From positions 62,809-126,808 of IMG/VR virus record IMGVR_UViG_3300023174_000074: a stretch of DNA of 64,000 nucleotides. One strand, 5' to 3'. The stretch comes from a virus. Every line of letters starts with the position of its first letter. The first letter of the stretch is position 1. Below the pieces are notes generated by a model. That model was given only the letters and a program-made list of their open reading frames with translations, made no database searches and had not been told where the DNA came from. A program made the position numbers and the translations under genes. Positions 28,401-38,065 of the stretch are shown here, piece after piece.

Positions 28401-29228
28401 TACCATAAACCATTTAATATCAACACTTTGAATCAAAAAATTATAAAGATTTGTGAGGAAAAGTTTATATATTTAAACTACTCACCAAGAACAAAAGACA
28501 ATTATATGTGTCATATTAAAGATTTTCTTAATACTCTTAATGACAAACAGATAATTCATTGTAGTTCCAAAGATTTTCAATCATATCTAGATAATTATCA
28601 ATTCACCTCTGTTTCTCAACAAAACCAGGTTATTAACGCTATTAGATTTCTGTATAAGTACGGACTTGATAAGAAATACGATAAGGTATCGTTTAAAAGA
28701 CCAAAATCGGAAAAGAAGCTACCCAGAGTTATTGATGGTGAATTTATAAAAGAAAAACTAAACAAGATTGGTAATCTGAAACACAAAGCAATCTTAACAC
28801 TAACCTATTCAGTTGGATTAAGGGTGTCTGAAATAGTTAATCTAAAGATTGAAGATATTGACTCAAAAAGGATGCTTATACACATCAAAAACGCAAAAGG
28901 CAGAAAGGATAGGATAGTTCCGCTGTCATTAACTGTTTTAACTTTGCTAAGAGAATATTTTAAAGAGTATAAACCTTCAGATTATCTTTTTAATGGGCAA
29001 AATTCTTCATTGTATTCAATACGAAGCTGTCAGCAAATTTATAAAAAATACATTGATGACGGGTCATCAATACATACACTAAGGCATTCCTCTTTCACCA
29101 ACCTATTAGAATCAGGAACTGATCTAAGGATTATTCAAAAAATAGCAGGTCATTCCAGCTCTAAAACAACAGAAATTTACACACACGTCTCAAATAGTCT
29201 TTTAAGTAGGATAAAACTTCCAATTTAA
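28398..29228 (+). CDS. Tyrosine recombinase, integron-integrase-like (start uncertain)
   Basis: YSPRTKDNY, SQQNQVINAIRFLY, KKLPRV, GLRVSE, KGRKDR, HTLRH, GHSS, TEIYTHV. Confidence 0.92.
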   Translation: MYHKPFNINTLNQKIIKICEEKFIYLNYSPRTKDNYMCHIKDFLNTLNDKQIIHCSSKDFQSYLDNYQFTSVSQQNQVINAIRFLYKYGLDKKYDKVSFKRPKSEKKLPRVIDGEFIKEKLNKIGNLKHKAILTLTYSVGLRVSEIVNLKIEDIDSKRMLIHIKNAKGRKDRIVPLSLTVLTLLREYFKEYKPSDYLFNGQNSSLYSIRSCQQIYKKYIDDGSSIHTLRHSSFTNLLESGTDLRIIQKIAGHSSSKTTEIYTHVSNSLLSRIKLPI

Positions 29229-29285
29229 TTTTTTTACCCCGAAAATTTTACTTAGCATTGCGGTAGAACAATTAAAATACCAACT

Positions 29286-29753
29286 ATGCTAGTAGATGTA
29301 TCAAAAGGAGAAGAAGAAGTTCTTTCCGTAATCAGAGGAGGTAAAAAATATAACGGGGGAAGCTTTGAAACCCTTTATATAGAACTTTCAGCAGAAACAA
29401 GATCTCTTGTAGAAGCAGCAAAGATCTACATTCTCGACAATTACGAGAAGGTGAAGGATTATAAGACTCTACATCTTATGCTGAGATGCGCCAATCACGG
29501 GGGAACACAATATTTCGGAACGAAGAGCAGGAGAGCTAAAAGCCGTTCTGAAATATTCAACAAGATAATAAATGAGCTCAACGAAAAACAGATTGAAATT
29601 AAAAAGTTTGATGCAGCTGTTTATGATTGGACAGATGGGGATTTCTCCGTTGTGTTTAACGGGGAAAGTTACAACTGGATTGATAGCAATTCTATTATTG
29701 ATATTGCAGCACACATAGAAAGAAAACTTGACAATGGTAATAAGATTTTATAA
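29286..29753 (+). CDS. Hypothetical protein
   Basis: 155 aa ORF after CG-N11-TAGCATTG promoter. Confidence 0.6.
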   Translation: MLVDVSKGEEEVLSVIRGGKKYNGGSFETLYIELSAETRSLVEAAKIYILDNYEKVKDYKTLHLMLRCANHGGTQYFGTKSRRAKSRSEIFNKIINELNEKQIEIKKFDAAVYDWTDGDFSVVFNGESYNWIDSNSIIDIAAHIERKLDNGNKIL

Positions 29754-30078
29754 AGGCGAAGATCGAAGATGGTATGCTGATCTTCCGGAGTATATTGCTC
29801 AAGGAGGAACAGAGGAGGAGTGCGAGATGGTAGCAGGAGCTGATGATTGGCTGGATTTCATTTCAGAAAACAGAGAAGCTGTTACATTAGCTTTATCGGA
29901 TCAGGATTCGCTAACAGAGAAAATAGTTCTATACGAGAGTGACGAATCCGGAGCTACTTACATAGCTCACACTTTCAAGGGGGAAGATATTAACCAAATA
30001 CTTTGGCTTTGCTCAGTTACAGTTTTTGTATTTGGTCATTACCCAAAAGAAATATATTATCGCGTAATAAGAGAATGA
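29734..30078 (+). CDS. Hypothetical phage protein
   Basis: RWYADLPE, EMVAGAD, WLCSVTVFVFG. Confidence 0.6.
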   Translation: MVIRFYKGEDRRWYADLPEYIAQGGTEEECEMVAGADDWLDFISENREAVTLALSDQDSLTEKIVLYESDESGATYIAHTFKGEDINQILWLCSVTVFVFGHYPKEIYYRVIRE

Positions 30079-31214
30079 AATACGATTTAAACACATTAAA
30101 TGACTATATTGAGCGTGGACTTCTGATCAAGAATTCTCACCCAACTCTGCCTATAGACATCTATAACTATTCTAGAGATTGCCAATTTTCGCAATTGTGG
30201 GATGAAATCACGTTAAATATGAGGGGTACGGTTTTAGATCGTGAGGGTAACATTGTGGCTAGATCTTTTCCTAAGTTCTTCAACATGGAAGAGCATAAGC
30301 CGGAGGAAATTCCAAATGAGGAGTTTGAAGTGTTCGAAAAAATGGACGGATCATTAGTAATTCTTTTCCACTATGAGAGCGAATGGCATTTGGCTACCAG
30401 AGGATCTTTCGTTTCTGAGCAGGCAATAAGGGGTAAAGAAATCCTAAAAAAATACAGATATGAGAGACTGATCCCAGGATTTACCTATCTGTTCGAGATC
30501 ATCTATCCCGAAAACAGGATCGTGTGCAACTATGACTATGAGGACTTAATACTTCTTGGGGTAATTGATAACAAAGATGGTTATGAACTTAGAATCCACC
30601 ATAATAGCATACATTTAGAGGGTATTAGATTTGTTAATATGTACAACAATCTAGGATTTAAGATTGTTAAAAAATACGATGGTGTTCAGGATTACAAGCA
30701 ACTGAAATCTATTATCGAGAATAATGCAGAAGGATTTGTAATCAAATTCAAATCTGGATTCAGAATGAAGATTAAAGGGGAGGAGTACGTCAGGTTACAT
30801 AGGTTGATAACAAACTTCTCAAACGTTGATATCTGGGAGCTGTTAAAAGACGGAAAGAATGTCGACGAGTTTCTAGATAGAGTTCCTGATGAATTTGATA
30901 AATGGGTTAAGAGAACGATTCGTGATTTAAAGTACAGTAAATACGCAATTGGTGAGAGAGCAGGTAAGGTCCACGATTACTTTAGATATGGTAAATACAG
31001 TGACCGCGAAACAGAGCCTACTAAAAAAGAGTTTGCCGAGCATCTAGAATTTTGTAAGGTTGAGCCAAGCATAAGATCTATATGTTTTGCAATGTGGGAT
31101 AGAAAGGACTATGATCACATTATATGGAAAATGCTAAAGCCAAAATATCAAAAACCTTTCTGGAATAAGGAAGAAGAAATTCCAACAGATTCAAAATGGA
31201 TTAAAAAAGATTAA
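30075..31214 (+). CDS. T4 Rnl1-like RNA ligase
   Basis: IYNYS, RG, FPKFFN, EKMDGS, ATRGSF, FEII, EGFVI, KIKGEEY. Confidence 0.88.
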   Translation: MKYDLNTLNDYIERGLLIKNSHPTLPIDIYNYSRDCQFSQLWDEITLNMRGTVLDREGNIVARSFPKFFNMEEHKPEEIPNEEFEVFEKMDGSLVILFHYESEWHLATRGSFVSEQAIRGKEILKKYRYERLIPGFTYLFEIIYPENRIVCNYDYEDLILLGVIDNKDGYELRIHHNSIHLEGIRFVNMYNNLGFKIVKKYDGVQDYKQLKSIIENNAEGFVIKFKSGFRMKIKGEEYVRLHRLITNFSNVDIWELLKDGKNVDEFLDRVPDEFDKWVKRTIRDLKYSKYAIGERAGKVHDYFRYGKYSDRETEPTKKEFAEHLEFCKVEPSIRSICFAMWDRKDYDHIIWKMLKPKYQKPFWNKEEEIPTDSKWIKKD

Positions 31215-31217
31215 GAA

Positions 31218-31859
31218 ATGAAAATAGTATTAGAAAAAAATCAGAACATATTTTTCACCTCTGATTCGCATGCGTTCCACAGAAATATCTGTAGTGCTAC
31301 CAGTGAATGGCCGGAGGGTAGGGGAACTAGGAAATTCCATTCGTTAAATGAAATGAATGATCGACTAGTTTACGAGATAAACGCAGTGGTTGGCCCTGAT
31401 GATATACTAGTTCATCTTGGTGACTGGAGCTTTGGTGGATTCGAATCAATTGGTGAATTTAGGAAGAGAATAGCTTGCAAGAACATCATACTCTTCTTAG
31501 GAAACCACGATCACCACATACTAAACGACAAGGGGGGAGTAAGAAGTTACTTCAAACATGTTTCAAGCTATGATATTTTGGATATCAGAAGACCTGTAGG
31601 TGATAAAACCGAAAAACATCAATTTGTATGCTGTCACTTTCCAATAGCAAGTTGGGATGGTATGAATAAGAGGATTCCACATCTACATGGGCACTTACAT
31701 TTACCACCTAATCTAAAAATTCACGAAGGCCAAGCAATGGATGTTGGCGTAGACGGAAACAATTTTAAACCATACAGCTTAAACGAGATATCGAAGATCA
31801 TGAAGGGAAGACCTGTTAAACATCTGGTTCTACCTAAAGATCATCACACAGAAGAATAA
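31218..31859 (+). CDS. Calcineurin-like metallophosphoesterase
   Basis: TSDSH, LGD, GNHD, HFP, HGHLH, DVGVD. Confidence 0.85.
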   Translation: MKIVLEKNQNIFFTSDSHAFHRNICSATSEWPEGRGTRKFHSLNEMNDRLVYEINAVVGPDDILVHLGDWSFGGFESIGEFRKRIACKNIILFLGNHDHHILNDKGGVRSYFKHVSSYDILDIRRPVGDKTEKHQFVCCHFPIASWDGMNKRIPHLHGHLHLPPNLKIHEGQAMDVGVDGNNFKPYSLNEISKIMKGRPVKHLVLPKDHHTEE

Positions 31860-32046
31860 AAAAAATATAAAAAATGGTAACACAAGAAATTTTAGACACA
31901 TTCGTATTCTCCACAATAGGCGGAGAAAAATTTGGGGTTAATGATCCTATCACTCATGATGAGATTATAGGATACTATCCAACAAAAGAAGAAGCTGAAA
32001 AAGCTTTCGTTGAGTATGTAGAAAAAGAAGGAATAATTTTTGAATA

Positions 32047-32496
32047 ATGGAAAACGTAAGAAGCGAAGAATATCACACACTGAACCCAACCCTATTTCTT
32101 GTGAGAGGAATTTCAGGTTCAGGAAAATCCACATTTGCAAAGCATATCTGGAATGATTACGCTATTTGCGAAGCTGATAAGTTTTTTCACAACAAAGAAA
32201 CTGGTGAATATAACTTTGACGCATCAAGATTAAAGGAAGCACATGAATGGTGTAGAAACGAGGTTGAGACACGAATGAGTGATCATCAGACAAATCCTCA
32301 ATATTATCCAGAGATTGTGGTGTCAAATACATTCACGCAAGAATGGGAAATGCAGGCTTATATCGATCTTGCTAAGAAGTATGGCTACCAGGTCACAACA
32401 TTAATCATAGAGAACCGACACGGTAACTCAAATGTTCACAACGTTCCCACGGAAACGTTGGATCGGATGAGACAAAGATTCGAGGTAAAACTTTAA
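32047..32496 (+). CDS. P-loop kinase (AAA_33, polynucleotide-kinase-like)
   Basis: RGISGSGKST, EAD, VSNTF, HNVP. Confidence 0.8.
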   Translation: MENVRSEEYHTLNPTLFLVRGISGSGKSTFAKHIWNDYAICEADKFFHNKETGEYNFDASRLKEAHEWCRNEVETRMSDHQTNPQYYPEIVVSNTFTQEWEMQAYIDLAKKYGYQVTTLIIENRHGNSNVHNVPTETLDRMRQRFEVKL

Positions 32497-32499
32497 TAA

Positions 32500-32940
32500 A
32501 TGAAAACAAAAACATACAATTTATTCTTGGACGACGTAAGAAACCCAAAAGACTGCTGTCAGTATATGCCAAACGCAAAATTCTATTTCGATAACGAATT
32601 TGTTATAGTTAGAAATTATGATGAGTTTGTTAATTTTATAAGAAAAAATGGTTTGCCCAACATCATATCTTTCGATCATGATTTGGCTCATGAACATTAT
32701 TCTTCGGACATGTATGCTAGTACTGAGGTCTACAACAAGAACTACGAAACATTCCAGGAAAAAACTGGAATGGACTGCGCTAAATGGTTAGTTGATCTCT
32801 GTATGGACACAAAACAGGATCTTCCTGATTACATAGTTCACTCAATGAATCCAGCAGGCGGAAAAAATATCTTTATGTATTTGGATAATTATCGAAAATT
32901 CCAGGAGCAAGAGGAGTATAATAGACATCACGGAGAATAA
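32500..32940 (+). CDS. Cyclic-phosphate-processing receiver-like domain protein
   Basis: LFLDDVRNP, ISFDHDL, TGMDCAKWL, VHSMNPAG. Confidence 0.7.
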   Translation: MKTKTYNLFLDDVRNPKDCCQYMPNAKFYFDNEFVIVRNYDEFVNFIRKNGLPNIISFDHDLAHEHYSSDMYASTEVYNKNYETFQEKTGMDCAKWLVDLCMDTKQDLPDYIVHSMNPAGGKNIFMYLDNYRKFQEQEEYNRHHGE

Positions 32941-33935
32941 GAAATGGGGAATACTGTAATACACGAGGAGCTTAACGATAAGCAACAAAAGATGTATGAT
33001 GAGTGGATCTCACACATCAAAGCTATCTATGGGGAATATGGATGCTTCACTTGGAAGATCTCACCAACAGGAATAGGTAGCGGAATTTCTGTTTATAGTC
33101 ATCACACTAAAACTGAATTAGATTTAACCGATGTTGATAGCTGGTAAGGATTTATGCGATTGTGGAGAAATCGCAGTGTGGTGCTACCTTCCAGGATACT
33201 CTGGAGGAGGCAATTCTAACAGCTGTGATGATTGTGTGCATAGAGGATGCGATTGTAACCACTATTCAGTTGACGTGAATTCTTATCATCCGCCATTGAG
33301 TGCTCCTATTTTACCGGAGGGAATAGAAGGAGTTGACTGGAAGTGGATAAAGAAAGATTCCGTATGGGCTGACATAGACGAGAAGGGTAGGGAATATCCC
33401 TGCTGCGAGTACATGTACTCTGAAACAGGTTGGGAAAAAGAAGAACATGAAGAATAAAATATATTTTTACGTAGGAATTATACCATCGGATGAAAATGAT
33501 CTAAAGGAATTTATTAACAACATGATCGAAGACAGCGATCAGAAGTATTTTGTAGAGGTTATTAATGAATATGATGATCCACACGGCTATTACACTTACC
33601 AACTAAGAGGCTCTTGGGAAGCATATAAATGTTTTCTGGGTAGACCTTTTGTTAAATCACTATCACATGACGAAGAATAACACACCAGAAATTTTTATTT
33701 GCGAATGCCACTCCACGGATCATCAGATGGTTATACTATATAGCGAAGATGACGGATACCCAAGAGTTTATTCACACGTTCATTTAAATAAAAGGCCATT
33801 CTGGCAAAGATTAAAATATGGCATCAAATATATTTTTGGCTATAAATCTAGGTATGGTGCATTCGATGAATTTATATTCAATCCAGATGATGCTGAAAGA
33901 CTTCAATCGTTAGTAAATTATTTAAAACAATCAGA

Positions 33936-34997
33936 ATGAAATTTGACTTCGACGACATATTAATTCAGCCGGCAGCGATTAGCAGGATTGAATCGAGAAA
34001 ACAGGTTGATGTTTTCTATGAAGACGGCTACTTGCCTTTATTCACCGCACCAATGGACACTGTGATCGATGATCGTAACTACACGATATTTCAAAGTGCA
34101 GGGATAAAAGTAGTAAGACCTAGAAAGGCACCAGTATCTGAGGTTAATCTAGAAAGTGATTTTAACAACTTCATATCTTTTGGTAAGGATGAGTTTAAAA
34201 AAATCTTTCTAGATAACGGTAAGGTGGAAGTATGCGAAAGATATTATGTTTTAATTGACATTGCAAACGGACACATGCAGAGTTTGCTAGACATGACACG
34301 AGAGGCTAAATCACTATATGGGGATGACATGGTTCTAATGGTTGGTAATATTGCAAATCCAGAAACATATAGGATTTTTTCTGATGCCGGTGCAGACCTA
34401 ATAAGAATATCTATAGGCAATGGTTCTGGTTGTTTGACCTCGGTTCAGACAGGCGTTGGCTATCCTATGGCTTCACTCATCCACGAGTGCTATGAAATTA
34501 GCTGTACATTACAAACTCCAGCAAAAATCGTTGCAGATGGAGGATTCAAAAGCTACGCAGACATCATTAAGGCTCTCGCTTTAGGAGCAGATCACGTTAT
34601 GCTTGGTTCAATATTGAATAAGACTTTAGAGAGCGCAGGCGACACCTATTTAGCTAATACGAAGGGTGAAGGTTGGACAGAGCCTGGCGAGAAGATAGAT
34701 CAGTATTCTGACGAGACTAGAAATCTTTTTAACTACGGGACTAAGATGTTTAAGAAGTTCAGGGGAATGAGCACCAAAGAGGCTCAGAAGGCTATGGGCA
34801 AGACAGATTTAAAAACAAGCGAAGGTGTTACCCGGATGCAACCTGTTGAATACACACTTGTTGGTTGGAGAGATAATTTTATAAGCTATCTTAGTTCGGC
34901 AATGAGTTATAGCAATGCAGCTACCCTACAAGAGTTCATAGGAAATGCTAAATGGAATATGATCTCTACAAATTCATTAAATAGATTTAAAAAGTAA
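33936..34997 (+). CDS. GMP reductase / IMP dehydrogenase family
   Basis: FDDILI, APMDTV, IDIANGH, IGNGSGCLT, ADGG, FRGMS, SEG. Confidence 0.85.
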   Translation: MKFDFDDILIQPAAISRIESRKQVDVFYEDGYLPLFTAPMDTVIDDRNYTIFQSAGIKVVRPRKAPVSEVNLESDFNNFISFGKDEFKKIFLDNGKVEVCERYYVLIDIANGHMQSLLDMTREAKSLYGDDMVLMVGNIANPETYRIFSDAGADLIRISIGNGSGCLTSVQTGVGYPMASLIHECYEISCTLQTPAKIVADGGFKSYADIIKALALGADHVMLGSILNKTLESAGDTYLANTKGEGWTEPGEKIDQYSDETRNLFNYGTKMFKKFRGMSTKEAQKAMGKTDLKTSEGVTRMQPVEYTLVGWRDNFISYLSSAMSYSNAATLQEFIGNAKWNMISTNSLNRFKK

Positions 34998-35727
34998 TGA
35001 GTGTAAGACCAAGAATTAAAATCTGTCATCTACTTCTAGATCCTAATCAACCACAGGACATTCATCCTGAAAGATGGGATTCGACTATGGATAAGCAAAA
35101 AGCATCAATTGCAGCATTTGAAAAAATATCCAGCAACTTTGCTTGTTATTCCCAGATGTACTCTGTTGTCAATCGTACCGATTTACCATCAGAAAATTGC
35201 GCACAGCCGGAGATCATAAACACTTCAAAGGAATTCATCAACATCCCACCAGTACTTTCATATGGACATTATGGGTGCTATTCTGCACATCGATCCGCTA
35301 TAGAGAATTTTGGAAATTATGATGCCCTATTAGTGGTTGAAGGAGATGCGATATATGATATAAGTCCCGAAGAATTGGTTGAATCTATCTATGATTCTTA
35401 TTATTTTGGGATTCAAAGATCCGCAGCAGTAATTACTTTAGGTGATGTTAGCTATGGATTAGGCTCTAGTGCTTCAATAATTGATACTTCGATAGAAATG
35501 GGTAGATATAAAAAATAGATCATTTTCTTATGGCTCATTGTTATTTAATTTTTAAATCAGAGAAAGAAAGCATACAATACAAATTAGCTAATACTGGATG
35601 GCATGCCTGGGATATTTGGTTCTACTGGAATTATGATAAACGTGTTCCGATATTTGCTACGAAAACACCTCTAGTAAAACAAGCTGATGGTTATTCTGTT
35701 ATAGATTACGGTAAAAAAATTATATAA
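34997..35727 (+). pseudogene. Glycosyltransferase-like gene (GT25-like) split by a frameshift
   Basis: GHYGCYSAH, VEGD in part 1; AHCY, WD in part 2; one extra A in the A6 run near 35510 would join them. Confidence 0.55.
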
Positions 35728-35782
35728 TTCTTATCCTTTAAATTGGCTTTACCCCTCTGATAAAGAGCCAAATAATTTCAAT

Positions 35783-36133
35783 TTAGTTATTCTTTTTCTT
35801 GGCTGCTTTCGCTTTCTTAGCTTGCTTATAAAGAGCTCCGTCACCAACCTCTGTTGTTCTACCTCCAACGATAAAACTGTTCACACGTGCCATTGCCCAG
35901 GCCTGTGGGGGCACACCAGGTCGGTGGCCAAGCTTCCAACTTGAATAGCCGCGTTTATAAACTTGTCTCAATATCCCTAACGGAAATCCTGATTTTTTTG
36001 CTTTGTTTTTTAGTGCCGTCTCTGATGTAGATTCATTTGCTTCGTCTATTGCACTTTCACACTCCATAAAAACCTCATATGCACCTTGTTCGATAAGCTG
36101 AAAAAAACTATTATATTCTATTAAATTGGTCAT
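35783..36133 (-). CDS. DUF5824-like protein, C-terminal part
   Basis: ALKNKAKKSG, LRQVYKRG, GHRPG, WAMARVNSF. Confidence 0.65.
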   Translation of the reverse strand: MTNLIEYNSFFQLIEQGAYEVFMECESAIDEANESTSETALKNKAKKSGFPLGILRQVYKRGYSSWKLGHRPGVPPQAWAMARVNSFIVGGRTTEVGDGALYKQAKKAKAAKKKNN

Positions 36134-36180
36134 AACTCTGGAACTTTTTTGATATATACTCTATATATCTATATACAATT

Positions 36181-37242
36181 ATGAAACATAAACATCACAT
36201 AATACCCAAACATATGGGTGGGACAAATGACCCAGAAAATATAAAATCCCTCTCCATAGGGGAACATGCGGAAGCACACAAAGTACTTTATGAGGTGCAT
36301 GGGAAAATTGAGGATCGTTTAGCGTGGCTGGGTCTTTCCGGAATGATCGAAAGGGAAGAAATTATAAGGGAATTGATGGTGGAGAATGGTAAAAGAGTAG
36401 GTAAAAAAATGTTATTGGAGGGAGGAGGGATATTCAGGGAAGGAATTAGAGACGAGCAGTTCTATAAAGATGGGATTTCTCTTGGTGGTAAAATCTCTGG
36501 TAAAAAACACAGCGAATCAGGACATTGCAAAAGAATAGCTCCACTCGGCGGTGGGAAAAATCTGGGTAAAAAATATTGGCTCAATATATTAACAGGAAAG
36601 GAAACTGCATCTTTTGATAGTCCAGGGGAAGATTGGGTCGAGGGTGTTAATATGGCAAGGGTTAATTTGGAATGGCTTAGAGCCAATTCGGATAACGTAA
36701 AAGGAACATTTTGGGTTACCGATAATGAGACTGGGGATACTAGGATGATACATGCAGGTAAACCCATACCTGATGGATTTACTAAGGGGAGAAAGCTTAA
36801 TACCCGAAGTATAGTAGATCTATGCAATTCACCATCAACTTATCCAATCGATGGTATATTACAAGTAGAAAATACTTATAGCCTGATTATCTTCAATCCA
36901 TCATTCATGAGATGGGAGCTAATACCTAAAAAAAATTCAAAAAGAATTATTAAAGTGTCTCATACTGATTATTATGGTCTTGTTTGGCTGAGAGATATAA
37001 TTATAGAAAAATATTCACTGACACACAAAAAATCCACATTTGATTTTAACAGCTGTAATAATTTAGGGGATTCCATAAACCTATTAAGAGAATGGAGGGA
37101 ATATATCAAAATTAATAAAATTTTAGAAACTAAAAAATTAAAAAAATGGAGAAGAGAGGATTATGACAGTAAATTAAAATCACTCAGTGAAAGTTACAGT
37201 TTTATAGAATTAATCAGGGATAAAATCATTAAACCCCTTTAA
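36181..37242 (+). CDS. HNH homing endonuclease
   Basis: HKHHIIPKHMGGTNDPENI...EHAEAH. Confidence 0.8.
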   Translation: MKHKHHIIPKHMGGTNDPENIKSLSIGEHAEAHKVLYEVHGKIEDRLAWLGLSGMIEREEIIRELMVENGKRVGKKMLLEGGGIFREGIRDEQFYKDGISLGGKISGKKHSESGHCKRIAPLGGGKNLGKKYWLNILTGKETASFDSPGEDWVEGVNMARVNLEWLRANSDNVKGTFWVTDNETGDTRMIHAGKPIPDGFTKGRKLNTRSIVDLCNSPSTYPIDGILQVENTYSLIIFNPSFMRWELIPKKNSKRIIKVSHTDYYGLVWLRDIIIEKYSLTHKKSTFDFNSCNNLGDSINLLREWREYIKINKILETKKLKKWRREDYDSKLKSLSESYSFIELIRDKIIKPL

Positions 37243-37464
37243 ATGTTTAAATTCTTCGCTCTCGCCATACAGTTCTTTAAATTTCTTAGTGTATTTGCTG
37301 GGCTTAGTTGGAACTGGTTTGCCCTTTCCAGCCTTTCCGCTTTTATAATCGGCGTCCCATTCTTTATATGCCGAAGAGTCATCGTCAGACTTGTTCATAT
37401 GCTTTTTGATCTCACGTTTCATGATATTGGGATTAGCTGTTAGGTACTTCTTAGGATATTTCAT
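37210..37464 (-). CDS. Basic protein, probable N-terminal part of the DUF5824-like gene
   Basis: TKPSKYTKKFKELYGE. Confidence 0.55.
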   Translation of the reverse strand: MKYPKKYLTANPNIMKREIKKHMNKSDDDSSAYKEWDADYKSGKAGKGKPVPTKPSKYTKKFKELYGESEEFKHLKGFNDFIPD

Positions 37465-37558
37465 GATTTATATATCACAAAAATGTCCAATAAAATTTTT
37501 TTATCTCATTCGTATGTCATATATTTGAGAAAATAAATAAAAAAAATTGCCACTCTTA

Positions 37559-38014
37559 ATGGAAAATAACGAGAATAAATCGCTCTGCTCAAAATGCGGT
37601 CAATGCTGCAAAAGGATGCCCGGTATAGTTTCGCCTAAAGATCTAAGTGAAATAACTGGCGAATCTCTAACAGATCTTTTTAAAGAGGGCTATCAGTTTG
37701 ATTACTGGGAAGGGAATATGACTCATAAACCTGAGCATGAAGGCATCACGTTCTACTATTTAAGACCACAAACTAAAAGATCTGTTGGTAAAATAGTAGA
37801 TGGTTCACGGGGTGGTGAATGTGTATTCTTAACTGAATCTGGATGTTTAAAAGCATTCAAAGAAAGACCTTCACAATGTAAGGCTTTAATACCGATGGAA
37901 AATCACGGATGTCACGTTCCGGCTGCTTATGAAAAGGAAAAAATGATCATGGAATGGCTACCTTATAATGAAATAATTTCACAAACAATCAATAAGATAT
38001 ACGAAGAACAATAA
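37559..38014 (+). CDS. YkgJ-family CxxCxxCC protein
   Basis: CSKCGQCC, CVFL, C..FKERPSQC. Confidence 0.8.
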   Translation: MENNENKSLCSKCGQCCKRMPGIVSPKDLSEITGESLTDLFKEGYQFDYWEGNMTHKPEHEGITFYYLRPQTKRSVGKIVDGSRGGECVFLTESGCLKAFKERPSQCKALIPMENHGCHVPAAYEKEKMIMEWLPYNEIISQTINKIYEEQ

Positions 38015-38065
38015 TCAATAAATCAAAAAAATTTTTTAATAATAATCCAGAGGAAATAAGAAAAT

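Larger units (their letters stand above)
22773..29228. mobile_element. Integron-like system: 13-cassette array, attI-like site and tyrosine recombinase
   Basis: 13 imperfect hairpins bounded by TAAC...GTTA alternate with single ORFs; IntI-like recombinase adjacent. Confidence 0.85.
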
